From Glaucostegus cemiculus (Eukaryota): a DNA stretch of 64,000 bases. A program made the translations under genes and the position numbers. The DNA is taken from the NCBI GenBank assembly GCA_976551045.1, contig CDPCPM010000043.1, forward strand, positions 2,976,001 to 3,040,000. Direction: 5' to 3'. The notes under the pieces were generated by a model that was not told the origin of the DNA, ran no database searches, and worked only from the letters and a program-made list of their open reading frames with translations. Of the stretch, positions 52,401 through 62,749 are shown piece by piece; positions within the stretch are counted from its first letter, which is position 1, and each line of letters opens with the position of its first letter.

Positions 52401-55400
52401 TGACACATGAATTCCTTTCAATCACCTGAGATTGTTTCTTTAGTCATGCTTAAGATGACTGTAATTGAGTTTGGCAATGCAATAATTATTGATTCTTGCA
52501 ATAGATTATTTAATTGGAAGACTCTAAGGTGAGACTGCCCCCTTTGTGGGACAGGTGGAGTTAGCTAGAACGTAATTCTAGCTATTGCTTTCTTGCACTG
52601 AATTGGCAATGTGCTATAGACAAGTGTACGGGCAAACAGCAGACACCAACCTGGAAATCAATTTTTCACAGTTCTGGGATTGGATACTTCTGTGGCTGTG
52701 CAAGCAAGCACCTGCACAGCTACGGAGGTATCCAATCCCAGCACTGTCTGACCAACTAAAATTGCTGTTTTCCAAGAAGGATCACTGGATAGTGATTAAG
52801 AATAGGAGAACGGATGTTTCCCCTCACCCACCCTGCCACAGTCTCCATTCCCTATCTGTGGTGCTAAGATGGGGTAATACTGTCAACCAGAGGCAGGGTA
52901 ATGTTGGTGAAAGGATTTGCAGAGGATGTGACCTTACTTCACTCCAGTAACACATGATGTTTTCTTGTAAAACACTACGAGGGCCTCTGTCTGAGTTAGC
53001 TCAGGATCAAAGGCCAAGCAAATAAGAACAAAAGAAGCAGGGGAAGGAGTTGACCAATCAGCCCCTCTCGTCTGCATCACATTCAGTTGAACTGGAGGGC
53101 TTGAGTTAAAAGGAGAGACTGGATAGGATGGAAATGTTTTCCCTGGATTGAAGGAGTCTGAGAGTTGACTTTGTAGAGATTTATAAAATTATGAAGGGAA
53201 TAGATAGGGCAGATGGTCACAGTCCTTTTCCAAGGGTAGGGGAATCTAAAACTAAACATTTGGACAGGTACATGGATAGGAAAGCTTTAAAGGGATATGA
53301 GCCAAAAGCAGGCAAATGGGATGAGCTTAGGTAGGCACCTTGGTTGGCACAGATGAGTTGGGCTGAAGGGCCCATCACCATGCTGTCTAACTCTATGAAT
53401 CTATGAGACCATTGCTACATACATTTGGTCTTTAACCTGCTCTCTCACCTTTCTCTTAGGATCCCTTGTAGTTTAAATATTTGTCAATCTCTGTCTTGCA
53501 TATATTCAATGACTGCCTCCAGAGTATTCTGGGTAGAGAATTCCAGAGACTCATGAGCTTTTGAGGGAAGGTCCTCATTTCTGTTTTAAATGGGCAACAC
53601 CTTGTGCCCTTATTCTAGGCACGCCCACTAGAGGCACCGTCCTCTCAGTATTTGCTCAGACTATTGTTTCTATAACATCACCTCTCATTGTTTAAAATTC
53701 CAATGAGTATAGGCCCAACTTACTCAAACTTTTTTCATACTTCAACTTGGACACACACCTATCACCTGCCAGCTTGTGCTCCTCCCTCTCCCCCAACCAC
53801 ATTATTCTGGCTTCTGCCCTCTTCCTTTCCAGTCCCAATGAAGGGTCTTGACCTGAAACATCGACCGTTTATTTCCCTTCATAAATGCTGCCTGACCTGC
53901 TGAATTCCTCTAGTACTTTGTGTGTGTTGTTCATACTTCAACTTGTTTATCCCAGGAATCAACCCGGAGAACCTTCCCTGCACTACTTCCAATGCAAGCA
54001 CATTGTTCCTTAAATATAGAGATGAAAACTGTATACAGGCGTTACCTCACCATGACCCTGTAAAGTTTCCAAGAAGCCTTTCTACTTTTATATTTCACGC
54101 CCTTTACAGACAGTGCTCAGGTTACGGCAGGGTTCGATTCCTGAGAACTGTTTGTAACCTGTGGGTGGGAGAGGGACACAGAAGCAGCTATGATGGGAGA
54201 GTGATGAGACGTGGGAAGAGTGGCTGCCAGCTGGCCTCACTGACTCAGTGAGTGAGCGAGCGAGTGAGGCTGCTCAGAGCTCCCAGCTCTGCTTGGCTTG
54301 ACCCAGCCTTGGCTTGACCTTTGCAGCTCAGGGGGATGTGATGGGGTGAGAAGGCACACAGAAATGTTCCGTTCCCACCCGGCAGAAGATGCCTGCAGCT
54401 CCATAGCAGCCAAAATAATCCATCCCCGCCCCATTCATCCCACTGGTCTCTCAAACACCCATTTGTATGTATAGGCTGTCCATAAGTCAGGCATTTGTAA
54501 CCTGGGGGGAACATGTACAATAAATTCCATTAGCTTTCCAAATTACTTGCTGTACTTGCATGCTAATTTTTGGACCCAGATCTCCTTGCACTTCAACATT
54601 CTGTTTTCTCACTCTGTATAAATTATAATTTGCTTTATCATTCTTCCTTCCCAAGTGGATATTCTCACTTTCTCTCATGTTATAATCCACCTACCTATTC
54701 GTCCCACTCAGTTAAGCTATCTACATCTTTGTATCCTCCTCACAACTTGCTAACCCATCTATCTTTGTATCACGAGCAGATTTGGCTACAGCATACTCTG
54801 TCCCTTCACCCAAGTCATTAACATAAATTATAAACAGTTAAGACCCCGCCACTGATCTTAGGCACCTCACTAGATCACTGGTCTGAAAAATGACGTCTCC
54901 CAATTCCGACTTCTGTTGGTTGGTCACTCCCCTTTCCATGCCAATTCCTAAGTCCATCTGGATAAATAGGGTACATATTTAAAGTAATTGGTAGAAGGAT
55001 AAGAGGAGAGAGGATGAAATATATTTTCATCCAGAAAGGGCTAGGGGTCTAGAACTTGCTAGGACTACAGTTTAGGCTTCTCCTGCCACAGGAGAGAGAG
55101 AGGCAGGGTCAGGCGAGAAAGCCCCTTAAATATTGTAAATATGGGATGGGGTATCACCCCAGCGAGCCACATGAGTGGCATTGGTGTTGTTTTTTGTATA
55201 TAAAAAGGTAAAATTAATGATTGATCTGTACAAGAATATAAAGGCGTGCACTGTTTTATTATTGTATATAGTTTGTCTTTTATTATGAATAAAGTTTATT
55301 TTGGATAAAAATAAAACAAAAGGAACCCTCATCACAGTTAGAAAGCGTCTGGTTGTGGACTTGAAGGGCTGTGACCTGCAGGGCTGTGGATCAAGCGCTG

Positions 55401-58400
55401 GAAGGTGGGACTAAATTAGGTAGCTCATTTTCAAACAGACCAGATATGAAAGGCTGAATAGCCGCCTTCTGAGCTTCAAATTTTCTACAGTTCTTTATCT
55501 GAATTCAATTTCTTACAACCAGATATCATAAGTAGACTTACACACCAACACGCTTGCTAACAACTGAACCTGAAGATCACACTCACTCCGCTAAAGTGAA
55601 GAGCCATTCCAGAGGCCACGACGCCACAGATGGTGGTGAGTTTGCCGCCGTTTACTGTCAGCCAGTTGTTGCTGGAGGGGGATCTGTTGAAGTTGTCTTT
55701 AAGCTGGCGGGGGAGACTTGTCTTTGGTTCATCACAGTACATGCCACTCCACTCCTCATCGCAGCTGGGTTCGAGGAAAAGCCATTGCAAAGGTTATATT
55801 CACAGGGACAAAGGGGATAGAGAGATAATTGCAGACTGTGAAAGCATCCCACAGTTACACAATTAAAGGCTGCATCTTTTAAACCTTTACTCTGAGACAC
55901 AGGTTGTATCCTATACAATATCACTCCGGCAGAACTCAAGCCTCTCATTGTTTGTAAGGGTTGGCCACAGTGCTGGACTACTGATGGTAATAAGCAACTT
56001 TTTTTGGTTTAATTCTGACACTGACTAATGTCCTCCTCCCATCTTACCCTGCCCTTTCTCCTTTGAATTCTAAATTCAGTGGCACATGCACTGTAGCCCT
56101 TCAAGCAGCCCCTCAATAATTGAAACATTTATAAGTAAGGCAATGTCGGACTCGCATTGAATGCTGGAGAAGGCAGATTGGTCAGTCCTTGGTAAAGGTG
56201 GGATATTGACAACAATGTCTTTGACATGCTCTCTTCCCCGCATCTGCCAAACGTTGTTGAAGCATCGAGTTCTATTACCCTTTGTGAACACCAGCCATTT
56301 TTGATTTAATTCTGGGATTAAATAAAACATGCAACTTTGCTCACCTTCAGTTTGACTTATATAGAAATGAAAAAGCATGTGATGTGAAGTGGGGGAGAAA
56401 TCCCACTCAGAAGCCTCAATGGGCTTCCCTTTGCCAAAGCTGCAGTCAGGAGAGGGACTGGGGTTGCCAAACTCTGGTAGGTTGTATTCCAGGAGCTTTC
56501 ATCGCATGAACGACCTGCCGTCCCACCTTCACACCATTAGTCTTCCCATTTGCCCACCTCCACAGCCCCCCTCCTACCTCAGGTGGAAAGTGACCACCTA
56601 ATTTTTTGGCCTTGGGGAGAAGAACAGATTTATTTCTCTCCCTGAGGCTTTAAAATTAATAAACACATTTGAAGAAATAATAACTAGTGTCATTTAATTG
56701 AATGTCCCTATGAATTCCCTCCCAAGTTGCTCACTAATTCCCGGAGACTCCAGGAGGATTAAGCACTGCTGCAGTAACAGCTCCAAGGAAATTCCAGGTT
56801 ATTGTTTTAGCATTCTGTTGGGCAATTGAGAGCCACTTGGCTTGATGAAAGGAGAGGCCTGCCATTGTGATATCATACAAAGTAATTCAGAGGTGAAAAA
56901 TGTACTGCCACAACATTTTAAATCGGAACCTTGAGCATAAAAAAAATTCAAGTCTGAGTGAAGCAGGTGCAACCATCATCAGTATCTGTTTCAAGTTTTA
57001 AATGACTGAAAATGGCCCTTGACCCATTGATTGAGGGACCACTGGATTTCTTATGCAGAATGACAGCATCATCTGCAAAGATTATCATTCGCCCCATTAA
57101 CCCATGAAGGACAGAGCCACAGTCTCATTTCCCATTTCTCAGAAATGTTTAAACTTCCAGTACCACTAATACTCAATCCATGGCTTTTACATTCTCCACT
57201 CCAATATTAAAACAAAGAAACTCAGAAATAGCTTGATCGAAAAACACACTCAGTATCTATTTAGTTCACCTTCTGCCATGCTGGTAGTTCATGCCACGAT
57301 GATAATCACAACAATCAATCAATGTCAATTAGTCTACTATAGGCTCACTCAAGATGTAAGGGCAATCCCAGTGGTGGAGACTTTTACCACCCCCAGGTCT
57401 AAAATCACCTTCTCTTCCCAAGCACACTACACTCACCATTTGTCATGTTCCAAATTACTCATATGCTACATCCAACACGTTGATTTCTGAGAGAGCAACA
57501 TGTTCATTTGCATGAATCAGTGCTAATTATTTACATTTTCCATCCAGAAAGCTATTGCATTGTTTGACCGTTTGCTCAGAGAAATCATTTCTCCGCAGGA
57601 CTTAATTTACCCTCTTATAAGGTCGGACGTCCAGCCTCTGGCTCCACTGTTCCTGATATCAGCTTGCCACTGACCTTATCTTGGGCAATGTAACTGGTCA
57701 AGTGGAGCGGGCATCAGTGAGGGATTGTTTTGGAGAGAGAGACCTTCACTCTGTATAATTTAAAAAGGAGAAAGCCAATTTCCGTCACACAAGGGAGAAC
57801 CTGGCAATGGTAGATTGGAAGCATCAACTTTCAGGTAAGTCTACATCTGCACAAAAACAGGGAGCATATGACAGGTACCAAGAATTAATGAAGTGGGAGG
57901 CCTGTAAAGAGATAAAAAGTGTAGGGAGGCACTTGAAAAGGAAATTAGGAAGGCTAAAATCGCTGGCAGACAGGATTAAGGTAAATCCAAAGGCATTCAA
58001 CAGGTATATTAAGGGCAAAGAACAACCAGGGGAAAAGTAGGGCCTATTTGGGACAACATGGGCAATCAATGCATGGAGCCACAAGGTACAGGTGAGGTCC
58101 TCAATGAATACTTTTCATTGGTATTCATAAAGGAAAGAGACTTTGTAGCTGGAGAATTCAGTGAAGGGGTAGGTGAGACTAGGACATACACCATGAATGG
58201 TAGAGTTTTAGGGAGTATTGAGGGACCTCAGATTACAAGTCCATCGAGTTGAAGGTAGCAACAAAGGTAGCTAACATGGTTAGGAAGGCATATGGGATAC
58301 TGGTCTTCATTATTCAAGGCACTGAACAGAAGTTGTGCTCTAACTTTATAAAACTTTGGTCAGATCTGGAGTACTGCGTGCAGTTCTGGTCACCATGGTA

Positions 58401-61400
58401 TAGGAAGAATGTGAAAGTGCTGGAAAGGTACCGAGGAGATTCACCAGGATGCTGCCTGGAATGGGACAGTTCAGTGATGAGGAGAGACTGGAGAAACTAG
58501 GTGTGTCCTCCCTGGAACAGAGGGGGTTATCAGGGATATGATTGAGGTATATATTGTGAGGGGTATAGATAGGGTGCACTATGGGAAACTCTTCCCCATA
58601 TCTGAGGAAGATAAAACTAGAGGACATAGATTTAGGGTAAGAGATTTAAGAGGGCCTATGAGAGTGGTAAGGACTTGGAATGAACTGCCTGAGAAAGTAG
58701 TTGAAGGTGAGTCACCTACAGCATTTAAATAGTGTCTAGGTGAGCATCTGAGTCACCTAGACATAGAAGGGTACAGATGGGATTAGTACAGAAGAATGTC
58801 CACTGGTCAGCAAGTTGGGCCAAATGGCCTGTTTCCAAGCTATGACTCTATGACTCATTGCTGTCCGTTTAGAATCCAAATACTAGCAATCATATTGCCA
58901 CTCACACTGCTCTTCGCCTCTGAGATAAAAAGTAACAGACCATTGCACCTCATAATCCAAACACTCCCAACCTTCATTTATCTCTCCTACATCCTTTCAA
59001 TTGCCACAAAATCTTTTTCAAGTGATGGAGATGACCAGAACTATACACAGAATACAGGTTTAGTGATACCAATGTTCTCTGAAGTGGGGGGTTGCCCCAG
59101 CATTCCTCCGTATGTTTTAAAGTGGTTTAAAGGATAGGAATGGACCGGTGATAAAGATCTTAAACTGGGCGAAGGCCAATTTCATTAACAAAAAGGAGAA
59201 AGCCAATTTCAGTCACATAAAGGAGGACCTGACAATGGTAGATTAGAATCATCTACTTGCTGGTAAATCTACACATTGGAATACATTCTGATACATTCCA
59301 GCAGTATACTGCCATCAAGCATGATTAAGATAATTTATTGATGGATTGCTTTCATTTTCTTGGCACATTATTTTCTTTGTTTTAGCATTGTTACTTATTA
59401 GTTTTTTTGCATTAATTTTATCTGCCACCTGTCTGCCACCTTCCACATTTATTTAAAGCACTGAGTAGCTTCTCTTATCTGCTCAGCCTCAATCAACACT
59501 CACATCAGATCTCATCTCGTTACTGATACTGCATTTAACATCACTTGTTCCCTACACTTTTGAATGGGTTTTCTAGATAATTGTTAAAGGAAATGCAAAT
59601 TTACATATGTATTAGCAGGATTATTAGGATTAGCATGTGTATTAGGAGCCAGTAGTGAAGCAGTATTAGGAAGAATCAGTTCAAGAATAATATTTGGAAA
59701 GAGTTGGAAGCATTCCCACCAAATGTCCTTCACTTACATGCAGGAACCACGTGAGCACCTTCCATGGCCGGTGCACATGTCCAGGCAGCTGTCCCCAATG
59801 TAAACATTATCAATGGCCCATGTCTGCTGCTTCTCAAAGGGTGCTGGTTGATACCAACGGAAACGAGTGGCCTGGGACCTTTAAGGGATAACAGATTCAA
59901 ATAACATCATCAGTTCACTTACTCTTCAAGTGCTACTGTTTTGGATAATAGTTCTACCACACTGAGCAACTGAAGGCAAGCAGGTCGATTTACATGGCTA
60001 ACCCACAAGCCTGTCAGTCTCAGTTTTCCAGCACAGTGCAGTGGACATTGTTACAATTCATTTGCATCTCTTGCGGTCGGTTCTGTCGCAAACTTGTTTG
60101 TCTGTACTTTAAGTTGATCAATAACTGAATGTGCAGCAGAGAATTCTACCAGTGCCCTGTGGATGTTGATGGCCGGCATGTGTGGAAGAGGGTTGAACGG
60201 TGATTGAGAAGAGATGGTAATGATTGCATTCCCCATCAGCTCTGCTGGGTGCCAAAACCTAACAATAGCTCAGAAAAAGACTGAAGAGGCTTCAGATGCT
60301 AGAATCTGGTGCAACAATGTGCTGGAGCATTTGTGCGTGGAATGGAATTGTCGAGGTTTCAGGTCAAAACCCTGCATCGGTCCCGATTCCTTGCCTTCCA
60401 CAAATGCTGCTCAATCTGCAGAGTTCCTCCAGCAGGTTGTCTGTTTCTACTAGTTAATCCATATACTTCTCAGCAAGTATCTATTTAAATCATGTAAATT
60501 GCCGTGAACTGTTGATTTTTATCAATAAACATGGCAAACTAAACTAAATAGATCATACTTCATGCAGTGGAGGTTGAAATGGACATTACTGGATAATAGT
60601 GATTGGTATTACATAAAAATAAATGAATTTTGTAAAAATAGGTTTTTCTACTTCAAACGTACCTCAAGCAGATATTGCCTTGACAGAATGTGTGAAAATA
60701 TTATCTGTATTGGATTAAAAAGTATCAGATCTGTGAACATGGGAAAGATGCATGTGCTTTGGACACATCATAGATGTCCTGTATCATCAAATCTGAATGG
60801 AATTAAAGAGCCAAATAAACAGCAAACATAGAGTGTAAACTGGAGACCCAATTCAAGCGAGGTGCAACAGAGGACTGGACTCACTTTCTGGGACAGAACA
60901 GTTCCTCCATGTCCCATTTGGGAAAGTTACCCTTAACATATCAAGGCAGCCTCGCAGATTTTCTAGCAGATTCACCTGGTGGCAAAACTGAGATGTCCTC
61001 ATTGTGAAAATTCCTCTAGACCCCATTGTATATCATAGAACCTCATTTGCATTTCTGCCCTCTGGTGCATGGCAGGTACCTCACCTGATGCTAAGCCCAG
61101 TGAGAGGGCAATGGGAAATGTGGTGGTTGCAGTTTAATTGCTACTCTGCTCTATGCCTGTTGATCAAGGAGACTTGTATCTGCCTATTATGAGTGTAGTT
61201 TGGGCCTGGAGATCAGAGGAGCAGCCACTTTGTAAAATTGAACTGGAGAGAGGATATATAATATCTGTTACACTTGTGTTTTAATTTCTGGACTTTCTCC
61301 ACACAAATCAGACCAATAATCTGCAACCCATGGCCTTCATTTTAAATTCTAATAAAGCCATGGCAAGTCAACAAAGAGATGTGAACTAAAGGGTTCTCAT

Positions 61401-62640
61401 GGGGGTCATCGATGTTTGCAGTCCAGATGTGCTGCCTGAGTTTTAGAAATGACTGCTACTCTCACAGCATTGACTGTAGATATTCACAGCACTGATAATT
61501 TCTGCAGTTATGACCCAGGTCTCGCAGTACCAAGGGGCAATTCAGAATATGTGACTCATTTATTAAGAACGATTGTGCAGAGGGGAGTTTCACTGCAAAT
61601 ACTTGAGATGCATGACCTTACACCTGTGCAGCCATAGTATGAACTTGTTAGGGGCCATGCTATGGCTGCACTTCAAGATACCTTGCAGTCAGCATGAGAA
61701 CGATGTGCCTGCCACAAGCTCTGCAGGAATCCTGAAAGTGGCACTTTCACACAGCCAACCATATGCAAACCTCCCATTTTTTGTGGGGAGGGGGAGCGTG
61801 GGGATTTTGTGTCCAATTGGACATTAGGGTTAAACACAGTACTAATTTAGCTGGGTGAAATCCAATTTCTGGGCAATAGTTAGGCTGTGCAGTGCTCACA
61901 TTGGTCATCAGATGGCAGTGTTTTCCACACAAGAGAGATCCACAACAGATAATAGAGAGGAACAATGTACAGTGATTACCCTTTCCACATCAAGTCCAAA
62001 TACAAATTCTCATGTGCGAGTCTAGACAGTGATTGTGGGCAGGCTATTTGACCTGCGTGCCATTTCAACCAAGGCTGATTTATGCAACACCGCTCATTTA
62101 CAAAGATTATAGAACTAGCTCTTTTATTGCTTCCCTGGGGAATTCCTTGATTTCCCACACAAGTTACAGGAGAAGACTGCAACATTACCTAGGGATTAGT
62201 TGATCGGAAGTCAATGGATGGTTTTGACTGAATGGTTTTCTTCTGTTAAAATATGTGGAACTGTGCAGTTTTTATTTCAAATAATGATGGCATTTGATCA
62301 GTGTTAAGAATTCCGATACATTTAGGTCCCAGAAATAGTTATCCCTCTTTTGACACAATCTCTGTTGCCCACTTTGGCAGCCCCTTCCACCAAAATCAAC
62401 AGCTCACTTAAGCTGAAATCCTATTTTTGTCTCGATGTTCTGTAAACTGAAAGAGAAGGCGCAGGAGCTACCTGGTGTACGGTGGCAGGGGCAGGGTGAG
62501 TCTGGTCCACTTGTTGAATGTGTCTGACACCAGGATCTTCTGCAGGTGGTACTTGTTACACTCCACGTTGCTGGGGAGACAGTCAGTCAGCACAGGCTGC
62601 CAAGTCAGTCCCAGATCCACCGAATACTGGAGCTCCACAG
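7354..62640 (-). CDS. RELN: Reelin, 3' part of the gene: 19 coding exons (human-equivalent 46-63 and 65); 5' part continues beyond the window end
   Basis: Spliced translation runs [13 protein letters not shown]...[10 protein letters not shown]. It contains BNR/Asp-box motifs (YSxDxGxTW), EGF-like CxxxCxGHGxC motifs and RWWQP/WAIDN motifs. All junctions are GT-AG and phase-consistent: 3203 nt = 2 + 1067 codons. Confidence 0.99.
7653..7751 (-). CDS. RELN: Reelin exon (~63), end of repeat 8
   Basis: aacag|A GAG GCA...GTC TT|gtaagt; [33 protein letters not shown]; 99 nt. Confidence 0.97.
9180..9900 (+). pseudogene. Harbinger (HARBI1-like) transposase relic
   Basis: Ordered motifs [26 protein letters not shown] (9482), [12 protein letters not shown] (9604), G*ILGDVGSP (9679), [25 protein letters not shown]; contains stops and frameshifts. 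Confidence 0.8.
10349..12639 (+). mobile_element. Rex1/Babar-clade LINE, 5'-truncated, RT with one frameshift
   Basis: [44 protein letters not shown]; a short deletion near 11460 splits the ORF; 3' AATAAA plus (ATTCTG)n tail. Confidence 0.93.
13328..13560 (-). pseudogene. Harbinger Myb/SANT-like DNA-binding gene, first-exon relic
   Basis: RFSETEV...RREVLW...RRP...SW*EVA...[10 protein letters not shown]|gtgag, resembling RFSxxE...W.EVA...KFNDL. Confidence 0.6.
14285..15930 (-). mobile_element. Old degenerate CR1/L2-group LINE fragment containing a SINE insertion
   Basis: Decayed RT peptide (WYQGALVKL...GVPQDS in ORF 15025..15303); the sequence resumes on both sides of the SINE. Confidence 0.6.
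15315..15558 (-). mobile_element. tRNA-derived V-SINE (HE1-like) with CR1-type tail
   Basis: Head GGGCGGCACGGTAGTGTAGCGG (A box), GGTTCAATTCC (B box); V core GGGTTTCCTCTGGGTGCTCCGGTTTCCTCCCACA. Confidence 0.9.
16276..16473 (-). CDS. RELN: Reelin exon (~62)
   Basis: cttag|C AAA ATC...CCA CT|gtaagt; [10 protein letters not shown]...[23 protein letters not shown]...YNVP; 198 nt. Confidence 0.97.
16790..17030. repeat. Palindromic Penelope-derived short element
   Basis: atgctgaaaatactt...gcatctgtggagag paired with inverted ctctcacagatgttgcctg...gtatttccagcatttt; related copies near 5560, 25490, 28660, 41100, 45380, 51200, 53830 and 60290. Confidence 0.55.
17792..18011 (-). CDS. RELN: Reelin exon (~61)
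   Basis: tgcag|GA GAT GAC...GCA AG|gtagac; [20 protein letters not shown]...[34 protein letters not shown]; 220 nt; not in the ORF track. Confidence 0.96.
18127..20849 (-). mobile_element. Young CR1-clade LINE (HER1-like), 5'-truncated, ORF2 uninterrupted (partial APE endonuclease plus RT)
   Basis: GDFNFP, DLVL, SDH endonuclease motifs; [31 protein letters not shown]; open to the stop at 18194; CR1 tail. Confidence 0.96.
21615..21913 (-). mobile_element. V-SINE with the same tRNA head and core but a different (Rex-type) tail
   Basis: Head GGGCGGCACAGTAGCACAGCGG, B box GGTTCAATTCC; tail ...TGTACATGCGACTAATAAAG. Confidence 0.85.
22311..22468 (-). CDS. RELN: Reelin exon (~60), repeat 8 EGF motif
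   Basis: ttcag|T GCT ACT...CAA G|gtacta; ATQFRWIQK...[35 protein letters not shown]; 158 nt. Confidence 0.97.
24565..24726 (-). CDS. RELN: Reelin exon (~59)
   Basis: tgcag|A AAG GAC...TCC AG|gtacgg; [53 protein letters not shown]; 162 nt. Confidence 0.97.
26779..26852 (-). CDS. RELN: Reelin exon (~58)
   Basis: ttcag|ATT GTA...CCA AG|gtaagt; [25 protein letters not shown]; 74 nt. Confidence 0.95.
27133..27383 (-). mobile_element. CR1 3'-end fragment closely related to the young copies
   Basis: Aligns by eye to 18127-18372. Confidence 0.9.
27844..28095 (-). mobile_element. Rex-type LINE 3' UTR fragment with (CCAATA)n tail
   Basis: tattggtattggtttattattg...; same family as 46696-46842. Confidence 0.6.
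28904..29079 (-). CDS. RELN: Reelin exon (~57), start of repeat 8
   Basis: tacag|AA GGT...TTC AGA|gtgaga; [40 protein letters not shown]...VLQFR; 176 nt. Confidence 0.97.
31234..31476 (-). CDS. RELN: Reelin exon (~56)
   Basis: tttag|GA ATT ACC...GAT G|gtaaga; [14 protein letters not shown]...RLRWWQP...[11 protein letters not shown]...DSFDD; 243 nt. Confidence 0.97.
32309..32415 (-). CDS. RELN: Reelin exon (~55)
   Basis: gctag|A TTT GTG...GGA G|gtgagg; [36 protein letters not shown]; 107 nt; not in the ORF track. Confidence 0.96.
32770..33100 (+). mobile_element. Possible RTE-clade LINE 3' relic
   Basis: HQLRW and a terminal WTCSH...IRLVS, resembling RTE QLRW...CxxC...IGLxSH. Confidence 0.4.
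33650..35675 (+). mobile_element. Older degenerate Rex1/Babar LINE
   Basis: [27 protein letters not shown]; multiple stops and frameshifts; AATAAA tail near 35650. Confidence 0.9.
34704..34801 (+). mobile_element. About 98-nt 3' tail of the younger Rex family nested in the older Rex RT
   Basis: Near-identical to 12537-12634, including AATAAA and (ATTCTG)n. Confidence 0.92.
35700..36217 (-). mobile_element. Rex LINE 3' fragment, inverted relative to 35078-35624
   Basis: The reverse complement aligns along its length with the neighbouring plus-strand copy. Confidence 0.88.
36655..36923 (+). mobile_element. CR1 3' fragment
   Basis: ggtgcctggaatgggctgcc...ctgtactgttctatgttcta tail. Confidence 0.8.
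37882..38057 (-). CDS. RELN: Reelin exon (~54)
   Basis: tacag|ACT TCA...ACA AA|gtgagt; TSLKERFE...CTDCG...[14 protein letters not shown]; 176 nt. Confidence 0.97.
39075..39592 (+). mobile_element. CR1 3' fragment
   Basis: Decayed YRKD..LERVQ...TRGHAFKV...GAWN and a gttctatg tail. Confidence 0.85.
39918..40095 (-). CDS. RELN: Reelin exon (~53), repeat 7 EGF motif
   Basis: tccag|C CCA GTG...CTA AAG|gtatta; [52 protein letters not shown]; 178 nt. Confidence 0.97.
40700..40914 (-). CDS. RELN: Reelin exon (~52)
   Basis: ttcag|ATT TCA...GGC AA|gtgagt; ISVGCK...[14 protein letters not shown]...LPDNLVG; 215 nt. Confidence 0.97.
41495..42320 (+). mobile_element. Deu-domain SINE split by an insertion (~41610-42140)
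   Basis: gctaacactcaatgcaatactgaaggag...acattaaac, resuming as gggagttcctcctggt...ctgtttgtgggg...aacagtgactac. Confidence 0.55.
42737..43002 (-). mobile_element. tRNA-derived V-SINE (HE1-like) with CR1-type tail
   Basis: Very similar to 15315-15558; B box GGTTCGATTCC; (AAAC/AAAT)n tail. Confidence 0.9.
43146..43309 (-). CDS. RELN: Reelin exon (~51)
   Basis: ggcag|CT TAC AAA...TTC AAG|gtgaag; [36 protein letters not shown]...WIVQFK; 164 nt; the acceptor is slightly less certain. Confidence 0.92.
44228..44481 (-). CDS. RELN: Reelin exon (~50), end of repeat 6 and repeat 6/7 linker
   Basis: tatag|C TTT GTA...ACA G|gtaaat; [11 protein letters not shown]...RFRWWQP...WAIDN...[22 protein letters not shown]; 254 nt. 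Confidence 0.96.
46220..46860 (-). mobile_element. Older CR1 3' fragment carrying a Rex-type tail (46696-46842, +)
   Basis: catagaacacagaacagtacagc tail and decayed CR1 body; the insert ends aataaaccaataccaatacca. Confidence 0.8.
46872..48976 (-). mobile_element. Second young CR1 copy, 5'-truncated, intact RT frame
   Basis: Protein nearly identical to that of 18127-20849; FADD motif; plus-strand (AATAGAAC)n tail. Confidence 0.96.
50438..50631 (-). CDS. RELN: Reelin exon (~49)
   Basis: tttag|GGT TGC...CCA AG|gtgagt; [27 protein letters not shown]...[10 protein letters not shown]...DQYNKP; 194 nt. Confidence 0.97.
53085..53405 (+). mobile_element. CR1 3' fragment
   Basis: ggagggcttgagt...gagagactggatagg...ctaactctatgaatctatga. 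Confidence 0.75.
54107..54515. mobile_element. Tigger/pogo-like MITE inside a minus-strand CR1 relic (~53400-54960)
   Basis: TA|CAGACAGTGCTCAGGTTAC...GTAACCTGGGGGGAACATG|TA imperfect TIRs with TA flanks; a related end lies near 29720-29760. Confidence 0.6.
55062..55320 (+). mobile_element. Probable L1/Tx1-type 3' tail inserted in a CR1 fragment
   Basis: Ends atgaataaagtttattttggataaaaataaaacaaa; the flanks read as a continuous CR1 3' end. Confidence 0.45.
55587..55764 (-). CDS. RELN: Reelin exon (~48)
   Basis: cccag|C TGC GAT...AGC GGA|gtgagt; [59 protein letters not shown]; 178 nt. Confidence 0.97.
57762..58856 (+). mobile_element. Internally deleted degenerate CR1
   Basis: [32 protein letters not shown], (ATGACTCT)n tail. 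Confidence 0.85.
59738..59878 (-). CDS. RELN: Reelin exon (~47), end of repeat 6A and start of EGF motif
   Basis: aaag|G TCC...TGC AT|gtaagt; [47 protein letters not shown]; 141 nt. Confidence 0.97.
62472..62640 (-). CDS. RELN: Reelin exon (~46), repeat 6A
   Basis: ttcag|CT GTG GAG...ACC AG|gtagct; [56 protein letters not shown]; 169 nt; not in the ORF track. Confidence 0.96.
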
Positions 62641-62749
62641 CTGAATGAATGAGAGACCCAAATGTTCACAACCAACAATTTACACACACCCTCTGACTGG
62701 ATCTAGTGGTAGAATATGGCCAGAGTGTAGCAAGCAATTTCAAATTTGA

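Noticed and set aside
57762-59275. About 80-nt direct repeat (57762-57846 and 59191-59273) as LTRs
   Set aside because: Both are internal CR1 ORF2 fragments (KANF...DL..VDW), with no TG...CA ends or primer-binding site.
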